64,000 nt of DNA from Thermomicrobiales bacterium (GTDB taxonomy: Bacteria; Chloroflexota; Chloroflexia; Thermomicrobiales; UBA6265), in contig JASGJI010000019.1 in NCBI GenBank assembly GCA_049840815.1, positions 401,407-465,406 on the forward strand. Direction: 5' to 3'. Under the pieces are notes generated by a model. It had not been told where the DNA came from, ran no database searches, and saw only the letters and a program-made list of their open reading frames with translations. This document shows positions 34,768-43,440 of this stretch, piece after piece; position 1 is the stretch's first letter, and every line of letters begins with the position of its first letter. A program made the position numbers and the translations under genes.

Positions 34768-35009
34768 CGATCCGGTCGGGTGGGTGGAAGGGTGCTCCGC
34801 CTGGCTATCCCTCAATGCATCATACCGAAGCCGTCTCCGGGAGTCCAGTGGCTTCTTTAAGCCAGTAGCGATGGCCGACGGTGTCGGCGTGCCGAGGTGG
34901 TCCATCCTGATTGGGGGCCATGGAGCAGGTCGGCTGTTGCGCCGATGTGTCCCGTACAATGCCCTCCCAAGGAATGCCGTGCGGTGTTGCGCCAGAGGAG
35001 GAGATGTCC

Positions 35010-36371
35010 ATGCCCCGATACGACCTGATCGTGCGCAACGGAACGGTCGTGAGCGAGTGGGAGGCGACTCCAGCCGATATCGCGATCGCCGACGGCGTCT
35101 TCGCGGCGATCGGGCCGGACCTGGATGGCGAGGCGGGCGAGGAAATCGTGCTGCCTAACGGCTCGATCGTGCTGCCGGGTCTGATCGATCCCCATGTGCA
35201 TTTCAACGAGCCGGGTCGGGGCGACTGGGAAGGTTGGCGGACGGGGAGCGCGGCGCTGGCCGCGGGAGGGGGCACGACCTGCTTCGACATGCCGCTGAAC
35301 GCGCACCCACCGACGCTGGACGCTGCCTCATTCGACCAGAAGCGCCGGGTCGCGGAGGCCACCTCGTGCGTGGATTTCGGGTTGTGGGGTGGACTGACAC
35401 CGGCGAACCTCGGCGAGATGGAGGCGCTGGCGGCGAGCGGGGTGATCGGGTTCAAGGCGTTCATGTCCTCCGCCGGGACCGATGATTTCCAGCACGCCGA
35501 CGACCTCACCCTCCTACGCGGCATGGAGATTGCCGCCGGGCTCGACCTGCCGGTGGCCGTCCACGCCGAGAACGACACGCTGACCCGCGAACTGGCGGCG
35601 CGGGCAAGGCGCGAGGGGAGCGTCCTGTGGATCGACTACCTGCGGAGCCGCCCCGTCGTTGCTGAACTCGAGGCGATCGGGCGGGCCATCGCCTTCGCCG
35701 AGGAGACGGGATGCCGCCTGCACATCGTCCACGTCAGCACCGGGCGTGGGGTCGCGATGGTGGCATCCGCGCGGGAGCGTGGGGTCGACGTGACCTGCGA
35801 GACATGCCCGCACTATCTTGCCTTCACGGAAGACGATGTCGAGCGGATCGGGGCGCTGGCGAAATGCGCGCCACCGATTCGGGACGAGGCAACGCGAGAG
35901 GATCTCTGGTCGGCGTTGCTGGCCGGGGAGATCGACATGCTGGCATCGGATCATTCGCCCGCGCCGCCGGAGATGAAGACCGGAGAGGACTACTTCGCGA
36001 TCTGGGGTGGGATTTCCGGCTGTCAGCATGCCTTGCCGGTCGTACTGACCGAGGGAGACCGGCGTGGTCTCGCCCTTTCACGGATCGCGACGCTGACTGC
36101 CGTGAATGCTGCCGAACGATTTCGTATCCCGAACAAGGGGCGGATAGCGGCCGGGTACGATGCGGACCTCTCGTGGGTGATGCGCGTCGATGGCTGGCAT
36201 CCGATTCCGGCGGCGGGCATTCGCTATCGGCATCCGGCTTCGGCATGGGACGATGTGCCGCTCGGGTATCGCGTGCTGGGGACGATTCGCCGGGGCGAGC
36301 CGATCTTCCGTGACGGTGTGGTGACGATTCGCGCGGGCGGGCGGTTGCTGACGCCCGGTGCATTCTCATAG
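35010..36371 (+). CDS. allB: allantoinase
   Basis: ORF 34911..36371 trimmed to ATG 35010 (GAGGAGGAG upstream). DPHVHFNEPGRGDWEGWRTGSAALAAGGGTTCFDMPLN, CRLHIVHVS, CETCPHYL and LASDHSPAPPEMK align along the whole length with enterobacterial allantoinase as I recall it. Confidence 0.85.
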   Translation: MPRYDLIVRNGTVVSEWEATPADIAIADGVFAAIGPDLDGEAGEEIVLPNGSIVLPGLIDPHVHFNEPGRGDWEGWRTGSAALAAGGGTTCFDMPLNAHPPTLDAASFDQKRRVAEATSCVDFGLWGGLTPANLGEMEALAASGVIGFKAFMSSAGTDDFQHADDLTLLRGMEIAAGLDLPVAVHAENDTLTRELAARARREGSVLWIDYLRSRPVVAELEAIGRAIAFAEETGCRLHIVHVSTGRGVAMVASARERGVDVTCETCPHYLAFTEDDVERIGALAKCAPPIRDEATREDLWSALLAGEIDMLASDHSPAPPEMKTGEDYFAIWGGISGCQHALPVVLTEGDRRGLALSRIATLTAVNAAERFRIPNKGRIAAGYDADLSWVMRVDGWHPIPAAGIRYRHPASAWDDVPLGYRVLGTIRRGEPIFRDGVVTIRAGGRLLTPGAFS

Positions 36372-36498
36372 ACGCGGCCCATAGGGCTGCCGATTGGGGT
36401 GGCAGACGGCGGTCACGAGGCGACTGGGGGATAGCCCTACCGCCAGAAGGCAGGTGATCCGGCTGCTCTCCGTCGTTGCTGGAGGCGATACTCTGGTC

Positions 36499-38139
36499 AT
36501 GACACGGCATCGCGCTGGTGCGAGCCGTTCGCCGGACTGGGTGCGCGCAGACATGGACCGAATGACCGATCTTCCGTCAACCAATCATCCTCCCCCGTCG
36601 GGATCTCCTCCGTCCGGCCCGAGTCCGGAGCGGACGTACTGGGAGCGCCAGCCGCGCCGCGTTGTCCTTCCAGCGGATGAATCGCGGGACGACTTGCCTC
36701 CCTCCGGACGCGCGGCGGACGGCGCCTTCTTCAGCAAGGCAGGAATGCTTGCCAAGGGATGGGCGAAGGAGGCGATGGCCTCCGCGAGTGGCGGTTCCGC
36801 TCCGGTCGTACCGGGTGCGCGCGGAGCGGCGGCCCGCCCGGATTTCGCCGATGACCTGACGCCGATGAGTCCCCGCCTGAACTCGGGGTTCGACCACATG
36901 TGGGCGAGCCTGCGCACGCTGCCCGGTATCGCGTCGTGGAAGATCCTGAACGACAGCCTCTTCCTCTCGCTCAGCTTCGTGATCGGGCTGGTCTGGTTCA
37001 TCGTCGGGGTGACGATGATGAGCATCGGGGTTGGCCTGCTTGTGGTGTGGGTCGGCGCGCCGATCCTGGCCGCCCTCTTCGGGATCGCGATCTGGACCGC
37101 CCAGTTGGAGCGGAGCCGGATCAAGGTCTTCATGGGTGTGGAGATTTCCAGCCCATACCAGTACTTCCCGCGCGAGGGCAAACCGTGGAAGCGGGCGTGG
37201 GGCTTCGTGCGCAACAAGCAATTGTGGCGCGATATCGCCTATCTCTTCCTGCTCTTTCCTGTGGGATGCGCGGAACTGATCGTGGTGTGGTTGCCGGTGC
37301 CGTTCTTCCTGGCGCCCCTGATTGTCCTCGCCGGTGGCGAGGCGAGCGTCTACGGGGTCGGCGTCGGGTCGTTCTTCGGCGCGGCCTTCACCCTGATCCT
37401 CGGGGTCGTCCTGCTGCTGCCGCTGAGCATGCTCATCAACTTCGTGGCCCTGATGCATGTCGAGTTCGGGAAATGGTTGCTCGCGCCATCGGTGCAGGAA
37501 CGCCTGACGGAACGGGTCGAGGAACTGACCGAGAGCCGGAACGCCGTGATGCGGGCCATGCATCTGGAACGGCGGCGGATCGAGCGCGACCTGCACGATG
37601 GCGCGCAGCAACGACTGGTCAACCTGGCGATGGAGCTGGGGTTGGCGCGTGAGAAGATGAATACCGATGTCGAGGCAGCGCGGAAGCTGCTCGATGAGTC
37701 GCACGAGGATGCGAAACTGGTGCTGACCGAGCTTCGCGAACTCGTCCGGGGCATTCATCCGGCGGTGCTGACCGACCGTGGGCTGGATGCGGCGATCTCC
37801 GCGATTGCCGGGCGCTCGCCGATCCCGGTTGGGGTCGATATCGACCTGCCGGGCCGGGAACTGGAGGAAGTCGAAGGCACGGCGTACTTCGTCGTGGTCG
37901 AGGCGCTGACGAACATTGCGAAGCACAGCGGGGCGACGGAGGCGAATGTCTCCATCCGCAAGGTCGGGAACTGGCTACGGATCGTGGTTTCGGACAACGG
38001 GAAGGGTGGGGCGGACTTGATGGCGGGCACGGGTCTGCGTGGATTGCAGGACCGGATCGCCGCGCTGGATGGACGTTTCGCGATCGAGAGCCCGACGGGT
38101 GTGGGGACGAGCATCATGGTGGTGATTCCATGCGGGTGA
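36499..38139 (+). CDS. membrane sensor histidine kinase (HisKA_3/NarX-LiaS type)
   Basis: ORF 36394..38139. The start is uncertain (ATG 36499 or 36553). It has several TM segments, the H-box RRRIERDLHDGAQQ, the N-box EALTNIAKH and DNGKGG. Confidence 0.85.
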   Translation: MTRHRAGASRSPDWVRADMDRMTDLPSTNHPPPSGSPPSGPSPERTYWERQPRRVVLPADESRDDLPPSGRAADGAFFSKAGMLAKGWAKEAMASASGGSAPVVPGARGAAARPDFADDLTPMSPRLNSGFDHMWASLRTLPGIASWKILNDSLFLSLSFVIGLVWFIVGVTMMSIGVGLLVVWVGAPILAALFGIAIWTAQLERSRIKVFMGVEISSPYQYFPREGKPWKRAWGFVRNKQLWRDIAYLFLLFPVGCAELIVVWLPVPFFLAPLIVLAGGEASVYGVGVGSFFGAAFTLILGVVLLLPLSMLINFVALMHVEFGKWLLAPSVQERLTERVEELTESRNAVMRAMHLERRRIERDLHDGAQQRLVNLAMELGLAREKMNTDVEAARKLLDESHEDAKLVLTELRELVRGIHPAVLTDRGLDAAISAIAGRSPIPVGVDIDLPGRELEEVEGTAYFVVVEALTNIAKHSGATEANVSIRKVGNWLRIVVSDNGKGGADLMAGTGLRGLQDRIAALDGRFAIESPTGVGTSIMVVIPCG

Positions 38140-38804
38140 CGATAGCGGAAGATGCAGTGCTGCTCCGAGAGGGGCTGGTGCGGTTGCTGACCGAATCGGA
38201 TGCGGAGATCGTGGCGGCGGTGGGCGATGGTGATGCCCTCGTCGTCGCTCTGGAGCGGGAGCGGCCGGACATCGCGATCGTCGATGTGCGGATGCCACCG
38301 ACGTTTCGCGATGAGGGGCTGCGTGCGGCGATCGAGATTCGCCGTCGTTGGCCGGGCCAGCCGATCCTGGTTTTCTCGCAGTACGTCGAGGAGCGGTACG
38401 CCGCTGAGTTGCTCGAAGGTGGCACCAGCGGGATCGGGTATTTGCTGAAGGACCGGGTGGCGGATGTCCGCGAATTCATCGTCGCGGTGCGGCGGGTGGC
38501 GGCGGGCGGGACGGTGCTGGATCCGGAGGTCGTCGCGCAGTTGGTGACCCGGCGGCGGCGAGACGAACGCCTGTCCTCGCTGACGCAACGCGAGCACGAG
38601 GTGCTGGCGCTGATGGCAGAGGGCCGCACGAACAACGCGATTGCCGACTCGTTGTACGTGAGCGAAGGCACCGTCGAAAAGCACATCCGGAGCATCTTCA
38701 TGAAGCTCGGACTGGAGGACACGGAGTCTGTGCACCGGCGTGTGCTGGCGGTGTTGACCTACCTCCGGCTCGGCGAGGAAGACCAGCACGGCACCGTGCA
38801 CTGA
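38130..38804 (+). CDS. NarL/LuxR-family response regulator
   Basis: ORF 38130..38804. REC domain (DIAIVDVRMPP), then LTQREHEVLALMAEGRTNNAIADSLYVSEGTVEKHI. Confidence 0.9.
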   Translation: MRVTIAEDAVLLREGLVRLLTESDAEIVAAVGDGDALVVALERERPDIAIVDVRMPPTFRDEGLRAAIEIRRRWPGQPILVFSQYVEERYAAELLEGGTSGIGYLLKDRVADVREFIVAVRRVAAGGTVLDPEVVAQLVTRRRRDERLSSLTQREHEVLALMAEGRTNNAIADSLYVSEGTVEKHIRSIFMKLGLEDTESVHRRVLAVLTYLRLGEEDQHGTVH

Positions 38805-39175
38805 TCGGCGCTTTCGCGGGCGGTGCGCGTTCATGTGAGGGTGTAGTGCACGCTCTGTGATTGGGCCGGTGGCCGGTGTGCCTCCGCGAAAGGATCTCAG
38901 CATCCCCGAAGAGGGAAGCCGTCTTTTGTCATGACAATCCTTCATGGAGCCGACTGGTAGTTCGACGCCGTAGCGGAGCCTACACATCCACCCTCGCGCG
39001 TCACGCGCGGGGGTTCGTTGTGTCCGGGGAATGGTCGTCCGTCCCCCAGGCCGGGTGGGGGATAACCGGCGGGTGGAATCTCCGGATCGCCGCGTTCGCC
39101 CGCGGAGCGTTTCTCCCGAGAATCAGGTCATGACCAGATGCGGTCTGCGATCACGACCACGCATGGGAGAGAGAC

Positions 39176-39787
39176 ATGGAGTCCTCGGCATCGTTCACGG
39201 CTCACGCGAGCCCCCGCCCCTTCACCCCGCCCCCGTTGAGCGACGCGGATACTGCCCGCATCATCGCAGAGCAGCTTTCGGTTCACGAACGCGAGATGCG
39301 GCGAATCGCCTCCGAACTGGACGCCATTCGCGATCTCAAGGATTCGTTCGGCGTGATGCGGCGGGAGGCCTACGCAAGCGTGCGCGACCTCACCGAACCC
39401 ACCCCGACCATCGAATCGGCCTGGGCTGAGGTCGCGGTCGGGCTGGCGGCAAACCGCAATCCGGAGATGCCGCTCGACCCCGCGACGAAGGCGCTCATTA
39501 CCGACATCCTCGATTCAACGCTCACGAACGTCGCGCAGCACGCGACCGCAAGCGAGACGAACCTGAGTGTGAAAGTGGAGGGCCGCTGGATCTTCGTCTC
39601 CGTCTTCGATGACGGATGTGGTGGCGCGGCCGTGCGGCCAGGGCATTCGCTGGCGATGCTCCAGGCGCGGGTAAATGCGATGCAGGGGCACTTCTCCATC
39701 AGCAGCCCCGTCGAGCGCGGAACGTTGCTGACCGTCGCGCTCCCGGTTGCGTCGGGTGATGACTCCGGAAAGGAGGCGGTCCGATGA
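39176..39787 (+). CDS. soluble histidine-kinase-like ATPase lacking the phospho-acceptor His
   Basis: ORF 39176..39787. The DHp-like helix reads MRRIASELDAIRD where the neighbouring kinase has RRIERDLHDGAQQ. The N-box TLTNVAQH, DDGCGG and GHSLAMLQAR are retained. There is no TM segment. Its stop overlaps the MMPL start (ATGA). Confidence 0.65.
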   Translation: MESSASFTAHASPRPFTPPPLSDADTARIIAEQLSVHEREMRRIASELDAIRDLKDSFGVMRREAYASVRDLTEPTPTIESAWAEVAVGLAANRNPEMPLDPATKALITDILDSTLTNVAQHATASETNLSVKVEGRWIFVSVFDDGCGGAAVRPGHSLAMLQARVNAMQGHFSISSPVERGTLLTVALPVASGDDSGKEAVR

Positions 39788-42084
39788 TGTTGTCGCCTCG
39801 CACCCTCGCCGGCGCCAGCGCGCGCCATCCGTGGCGAACCCTGGGGATCTGGGTCGCGACGATCCTCCTCCTGCTCCTGGGTTCGTCCCTCTTCGCCGGG
39901 AGCCAGAGTCAGGATGGTGCTGGCTTCACGAATCGTCCTGAGTCCCAGGTCGCGCAGGAGCTGATCGACACGCACTTCGGGAAAGATGATCGCGCCTCGG
40001 ACACCATCGTCTTCCACTCCGACACGCTGACCGTCGATGACCCGGCGTTCCGCCAGGTGGTCGAGCAGACGGCCTCGGACGTGTCGGCTGGCTGGAGTGC
40101 CGACATCGCTGCCAGCACGAACTACTACGCCACGAACGGCGCGCCGGAAGGCGAAGCACTCGTTTCGGCGGATCGCCACTCGCTGCTGATGCCGATCACG
40201 TTCGCCAAGGATGTGGATGCCTACGCGGGGCGCGAGGAAGGCTTCCTCAAACTGGCGGAAGGCGCGGCCACCGGCGATGTGGAGGTGCACGCGGTCGGGG
40301 ACCTCAGCGGGAGCTGGACGTTCGGCAAGATCGCCGATGAGGACACCGGAAAGGACATTTCGATCGGCCTTCCCGCCGCGGGCATCGTGCTGGTCGTTGT
40401 CTTCGGGGCGCTGGTGGCGGCCTTCCTGCCGTTGCTGCTCGGTGTTGTCGCCATCGTTGGGACGAGCGCGGTGGTCGCGCTCCTGGCGAACGTGCTGCAG
40501 GTCGGCTCGACCACCATGATCCTCGCCACGATGATCGGGCTGGCAGTCGGCATCGATTACGCGCTCTTCTTCATGGAGCGCTATCGCGAGGAGCGGCGCA
40601 AGGGCGCACTCAAGGTCGACGCGATCGAGCGGGCGGGTGGTACCGCCGGCAAGGCGCTCATCTTCTCCGGCCTGACGGTGATCCTGGCGCTCTCTGGCCT
40701 GATGCTGATTCCGGTGACGATCTTTCAGGGTATGGCGCTCGGGGCCATCGTGACGGTGATCTTCGCGGTGACGGCGGCGATCACGCTGTTGCCGGCGCTG
40801 CTGCGGCTGATCGGAGACTGGATCAACTTCCCGCGGCTCGGCATGATGCGGGCGCTGAAGCGGCAGGATGAGACGGGCGACCTGGTGCTCGCCGAACGGA
40901 CGCAGGGACGCGGCCTGTGGGGACGTGTCGCGGCAGGCGTGATGCATCATCCGACGGCCTCCGCCATCGTCGCGAGTGGGTTGCTGGTCGTGGCGGCGTT
41001 GCCGGTGTTCACGATGGAGATCGGCGAGCAGTCGTATGCATCGTTGCCGGAAACCTCGTTCACGAAGGGGTACGACATCCTGGCCCGCGACTTCGCCGCG
41101 GGCATGCAGTTTCCGGTCAGCATCGTCATCGAGGGTGACGCGACGTCCGAGGCGGTGAAGGTGAACGCCGACGCGCTGGTTGCCGCGCTCGGTGCCGACG
41201 ACCGCCTGGCGAACCCGAGCGTCCATGTCGCTCCGGACGGTCAGCTGACGCTGGTGCAGGCGGTGATGAAGGTCGATCCGTCCTCGAAGGAGGCGGAGGC
41301 GCTGGTCGGATCGCTCCGGAGTGACGTGGTGCCTGCCGTCTTCGGGAGCGATGCATCCACGGTACACGTCGGCGGCGACACGGCGATGATCCACGACTTC
41401 GACGATGCGCTGACGAACCGGTTGCCGCTGGTATTCGCCTTCGTGCTGGGCCTGAGCTTCATCCTGCTGATGGTGGCGTTCCGGTCGGTGCTGGTGCCGG
41501 TGATGTCGATCGCGCTGAACATGCTCTCGGTTGGTGCGGCGTATGGGCTGCTGGTGGCGGTTTTCCAGCATGGCTGGGGCGCGAATCTCTTCGGGTTCAC
41601 CCAGGTGGACGTCATCACGAACTGGCTGCCGGTGCTGATCTTCTGCATCCTCTTCGGCCTGAGCATGGACTACCACGTCTTCCTGCTCAGCCGCATCCGG
41701 GAGCGGTGGGATGAGACAGCGGACGTCAACGACTCGATCATCTTCGGGGTGCGTTCGACGGGCCGGATCATCACCGGCGCGGCGGCGATCATGGTGGCGG
41801 TCTTCGCGGCCTTTGCGATGGGGCGGCTGGTGGAGATCCAGCAGATGGGCTTCGGCCTGGGGATCGCGGTGCTGGTGGACGCGACGATCATCCGCACGGT
41901 CCTGGTCCCGGCGCTGATGAAGCTGATGGGTGAGCGGGCGTGGTGGTTCCCGCGCTGGTTGGCGTGGATTCCGGACCCGAAGATCGAGGGCGACCTGCCG
42001 CCGATCGTACGGCGGGTGCGTCCGGGCCGCCCCGTCGTGTCCCCGCTGCCGGTGGCGCGGTGGGAGAGTGCCGCCGGGGAGTAG
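39784..42084 (+). CDS. MMPL-family (RND superfamily) membrane transporter
   Basis: ORF 39784..42084, 766 aa. It has two 6-TM bundles with large extracytoplasmic loops and GIDYALFF / GLSMDYHVFLLSRIRE motifs. Confidence 0.9.
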   Translation: MMLSPRTLAGASARHPWRTLGIWVATILLLLLGSSLFAGSQSQDGAGFTNRPESQVAQELIDTHFGKDDRASDTIVFHSDTLTVDDPAFRQVVEQTASDVSAGWSADIAASTNYYATNGAPEGEALVSADRHSLLMPITFAKDVDAYAGREEGFLKLAEGAATGDVEVHAVGDLSGSWTFGKIADEDTGKDISIGLPAAGIVLVVVFGALVAAFLPLLLGVVAIVGTSAVVALLANVLQVGSTTMILATMIGLAVGIDYALFFMERYREERRKGALKVDAIERAGGTAGKALIFSGLTVILALSGLMLIPVTIFQGMALGAIVTVIFAVTAAITLLPALLRLIGDWINFPRLGMMRALKRQDETGDLVLAERTQGRGLWGRVAAGVMHHPTASAIVASGLLVVAALPVFTMEIGEQSYASLPETSFTKGYDILARDFAAGMQFPVSIVIEGDATSEAVKVNADALVAALGADDRLANPSVHVAPDGQLTLVQAVMKVDPSSKEAEALVGSLRSDVVPAVFGSDASTVHVGGDTAMIHDFDDALTNRLPLVFAFVLGLSFILLMVAFRSVLVPVMSIALNMLSVGAAYGLLVAVFQHGWGANLFGFTQVDVITNWLPVLIFCILFGLSMDYHVFLLSRIRERWDETADVNDSIIFGVRSTGRIITGAAAIMVAVFAAFAMGRLVEIQQMGFGLGIAVLVDATIIRTVLVPALMKLMGERAWWFPRWLAWIPDPKIEGDLPPIVRRVRPGRPVVSPLPVARWESAAGE

Positions 42085-42160
42085 CAGGAGCGTGATACAT
42101 GCAGAACAGCCCGGTCCCTCGACTCCGAGGGACCGGGCTGCTTCGTGTGCTGGGGATGGG

Positions 42161-42577
42161 CTACGCCGCGTGGGAGGCGATGACCTTTGCCTGCGCCGGG
42201 TTGACGATCTCCGCAACGTGGCGGACGCCCTTCCAGCCGCCGATCAGGATCGCGTCGTTGCCGCGCAGGCGTATCTGGGCGACGGTCTGCATCACGGCAG
42301 GGCTGAGGCGGATGTCGAGCGAAGCGAAGAGGGCCGTGGTGCCAGCAGCGACGAAGGTGCCATCGATACGGGCCGTCATGCCAAGTCCGGCGAGCGTCGC
42401 GACGTTGTCGGCGTGGGAGAACTCGACGCCATAGGCGTGGGCGGAGGCATTGACCGCGTCGGCCAGCGTCGATCCGGTGAGGAAGGACGCGGCGGTCGGG
42501 ACATCGATGCGCCAGGCGAGGCAATCGGTGGCGTAGTCGCGAGCGGACGTGGAGTCGGGGCGGGTGGGGTGGATCAT
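42161..42577 (-). CDS. hypothetical protein
   Basis: ORF 42161..42616 trimmed to ATG 42577 (AGGAG 7 nt upstream). I recognise no family. Confidence 0.5.
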   Translation of the reverse strand: MIHPTRPDSTSARDYATDCLAWRIDVPTAASFLTGSTLADAVNASAHAYGVEFSHADNVATLAGLGMTARIDGTFVAAGTTALFASLDIRLSPAVMQTVAQIRLRGNDAILIGGWKGVRHVAEIVNPAQAKVIASHAA

Positions 42578-42641
42578 GGTCGCGCTCCTAGGATGGGTCC
42601 GTATGGACTGGCTCATGATTCCCGAGTCACCGCGTCGGTAA

Positions 42642-42656
42642 TGAGAATCATTCTCA
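42642..42656. promoter_or_regulatory. Fur-family-like 7-1-7 palindrome TGAGAATCATTCTCA
   Basis: Perfect 7-1-7 inverted repeat in the divergent intergenic region. Confidence 0.4.
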
Positions 42657-42703
42657 ACAATGGATTCATTGTAGCAGTCCCGGTCCTCGCTGTGAAGCCC
42701 TTT

Positions 42704-42718
42704 TGCGAATGATTCTCA
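42704..42718. promoter_or_regulatory. second Fur-family-like 7-1-7 site TGCGAATGATTCTCA
   Basis: 6/7 arm symmetry. It is the mirror image of the first site within a ~120-bp larger palindrome (42620-42739). Confidence 0.35.
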
Positions 42719-42953
42719 TGTTGATGTGGTGACTCGGGATTGCGCGCGCTGGCATTCTGTGTGTGGATTCATTGGTATCCCGATTGGGCATTGTGCCCAC
42801 ACCCTTCGGCAGAACACCGCTTGGCGTTCCCTCGATTGGGACGGGCGATGTGCGACAATTCGCATCAGGAACACGCCGTCCGTGCGGTCGATACAACGGA
42901 TTTCACGGTTCGGCGACGGATGGGTTCGACTGAGGGTGAGGGATCGGGGAGCG

Positions 42954-43364
42954 ATGCTCAGGATACGGGTGGGAGACCTCGCGTTCACGGCGCGGTATGA
43001 AGCGGGTGCGCCGTTGACGGTGGCAGCCTTCGAGGCGGTCCTTCCGTTTCGCCAGAAGCTGATCCAGGCACGCTGGAGCGGCGAATCGGCGTGGGTGCCG
43101 CTGGGTGAGTACCAGCTCGGCGTGGGCTTCGAGAACGCCACCAGCTATCCATCGCCGGGGGAAATCCTGTTCTATCCCGGTGGCTACAGCGAAACCGAGA
43201 TTCTCTTCCCGTATGGAAGAACCTGCTTCGCCAGCACCTTGGGGCAGCTCGCGGGGAACCACTTCCTGACCATCGTCGAAGGCCGCGACCTCCTGAAGGA
43301 AGTGGGGCGTCGCGTGGTGTGGGAAGGGGCGCAGGAGATCGTCTTCGAACGGATCGATGACTGA
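42954..43364 (+). CDS. DUF3830-like (cyclophilin-like fold) protein
   Basis: ORF 42726..43364 trimmed to ATG 42954 (GGGGAG upstream). ARWSGESAWVPLG...ENATSYPSPGEILFYPGGYSETEILFPYG...GNHFLTIVEG fits the DUF3830 pattern as I recall it. Confidence 0.6.
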   Translation: MLRIRVGDLAFTARYEAGAPLTVAAFEAVLPFRQKLIQARWSGESAWVPLGEYQLGVGFENATSYPSPGEILFYPGGYSETEILFPYGRTCFASTLGQLAGNHFLTIVEGRDLLKEVGRRVVWEGAQEIVFERIDD

Positions 43365-43440
43365 TCGACGGCGTCAGGCACGGCATCGGCAACGATTGGC
43401 CGCATCGGGCGGCCCATTCAGTAGGGGAGAGGGATTCGGG

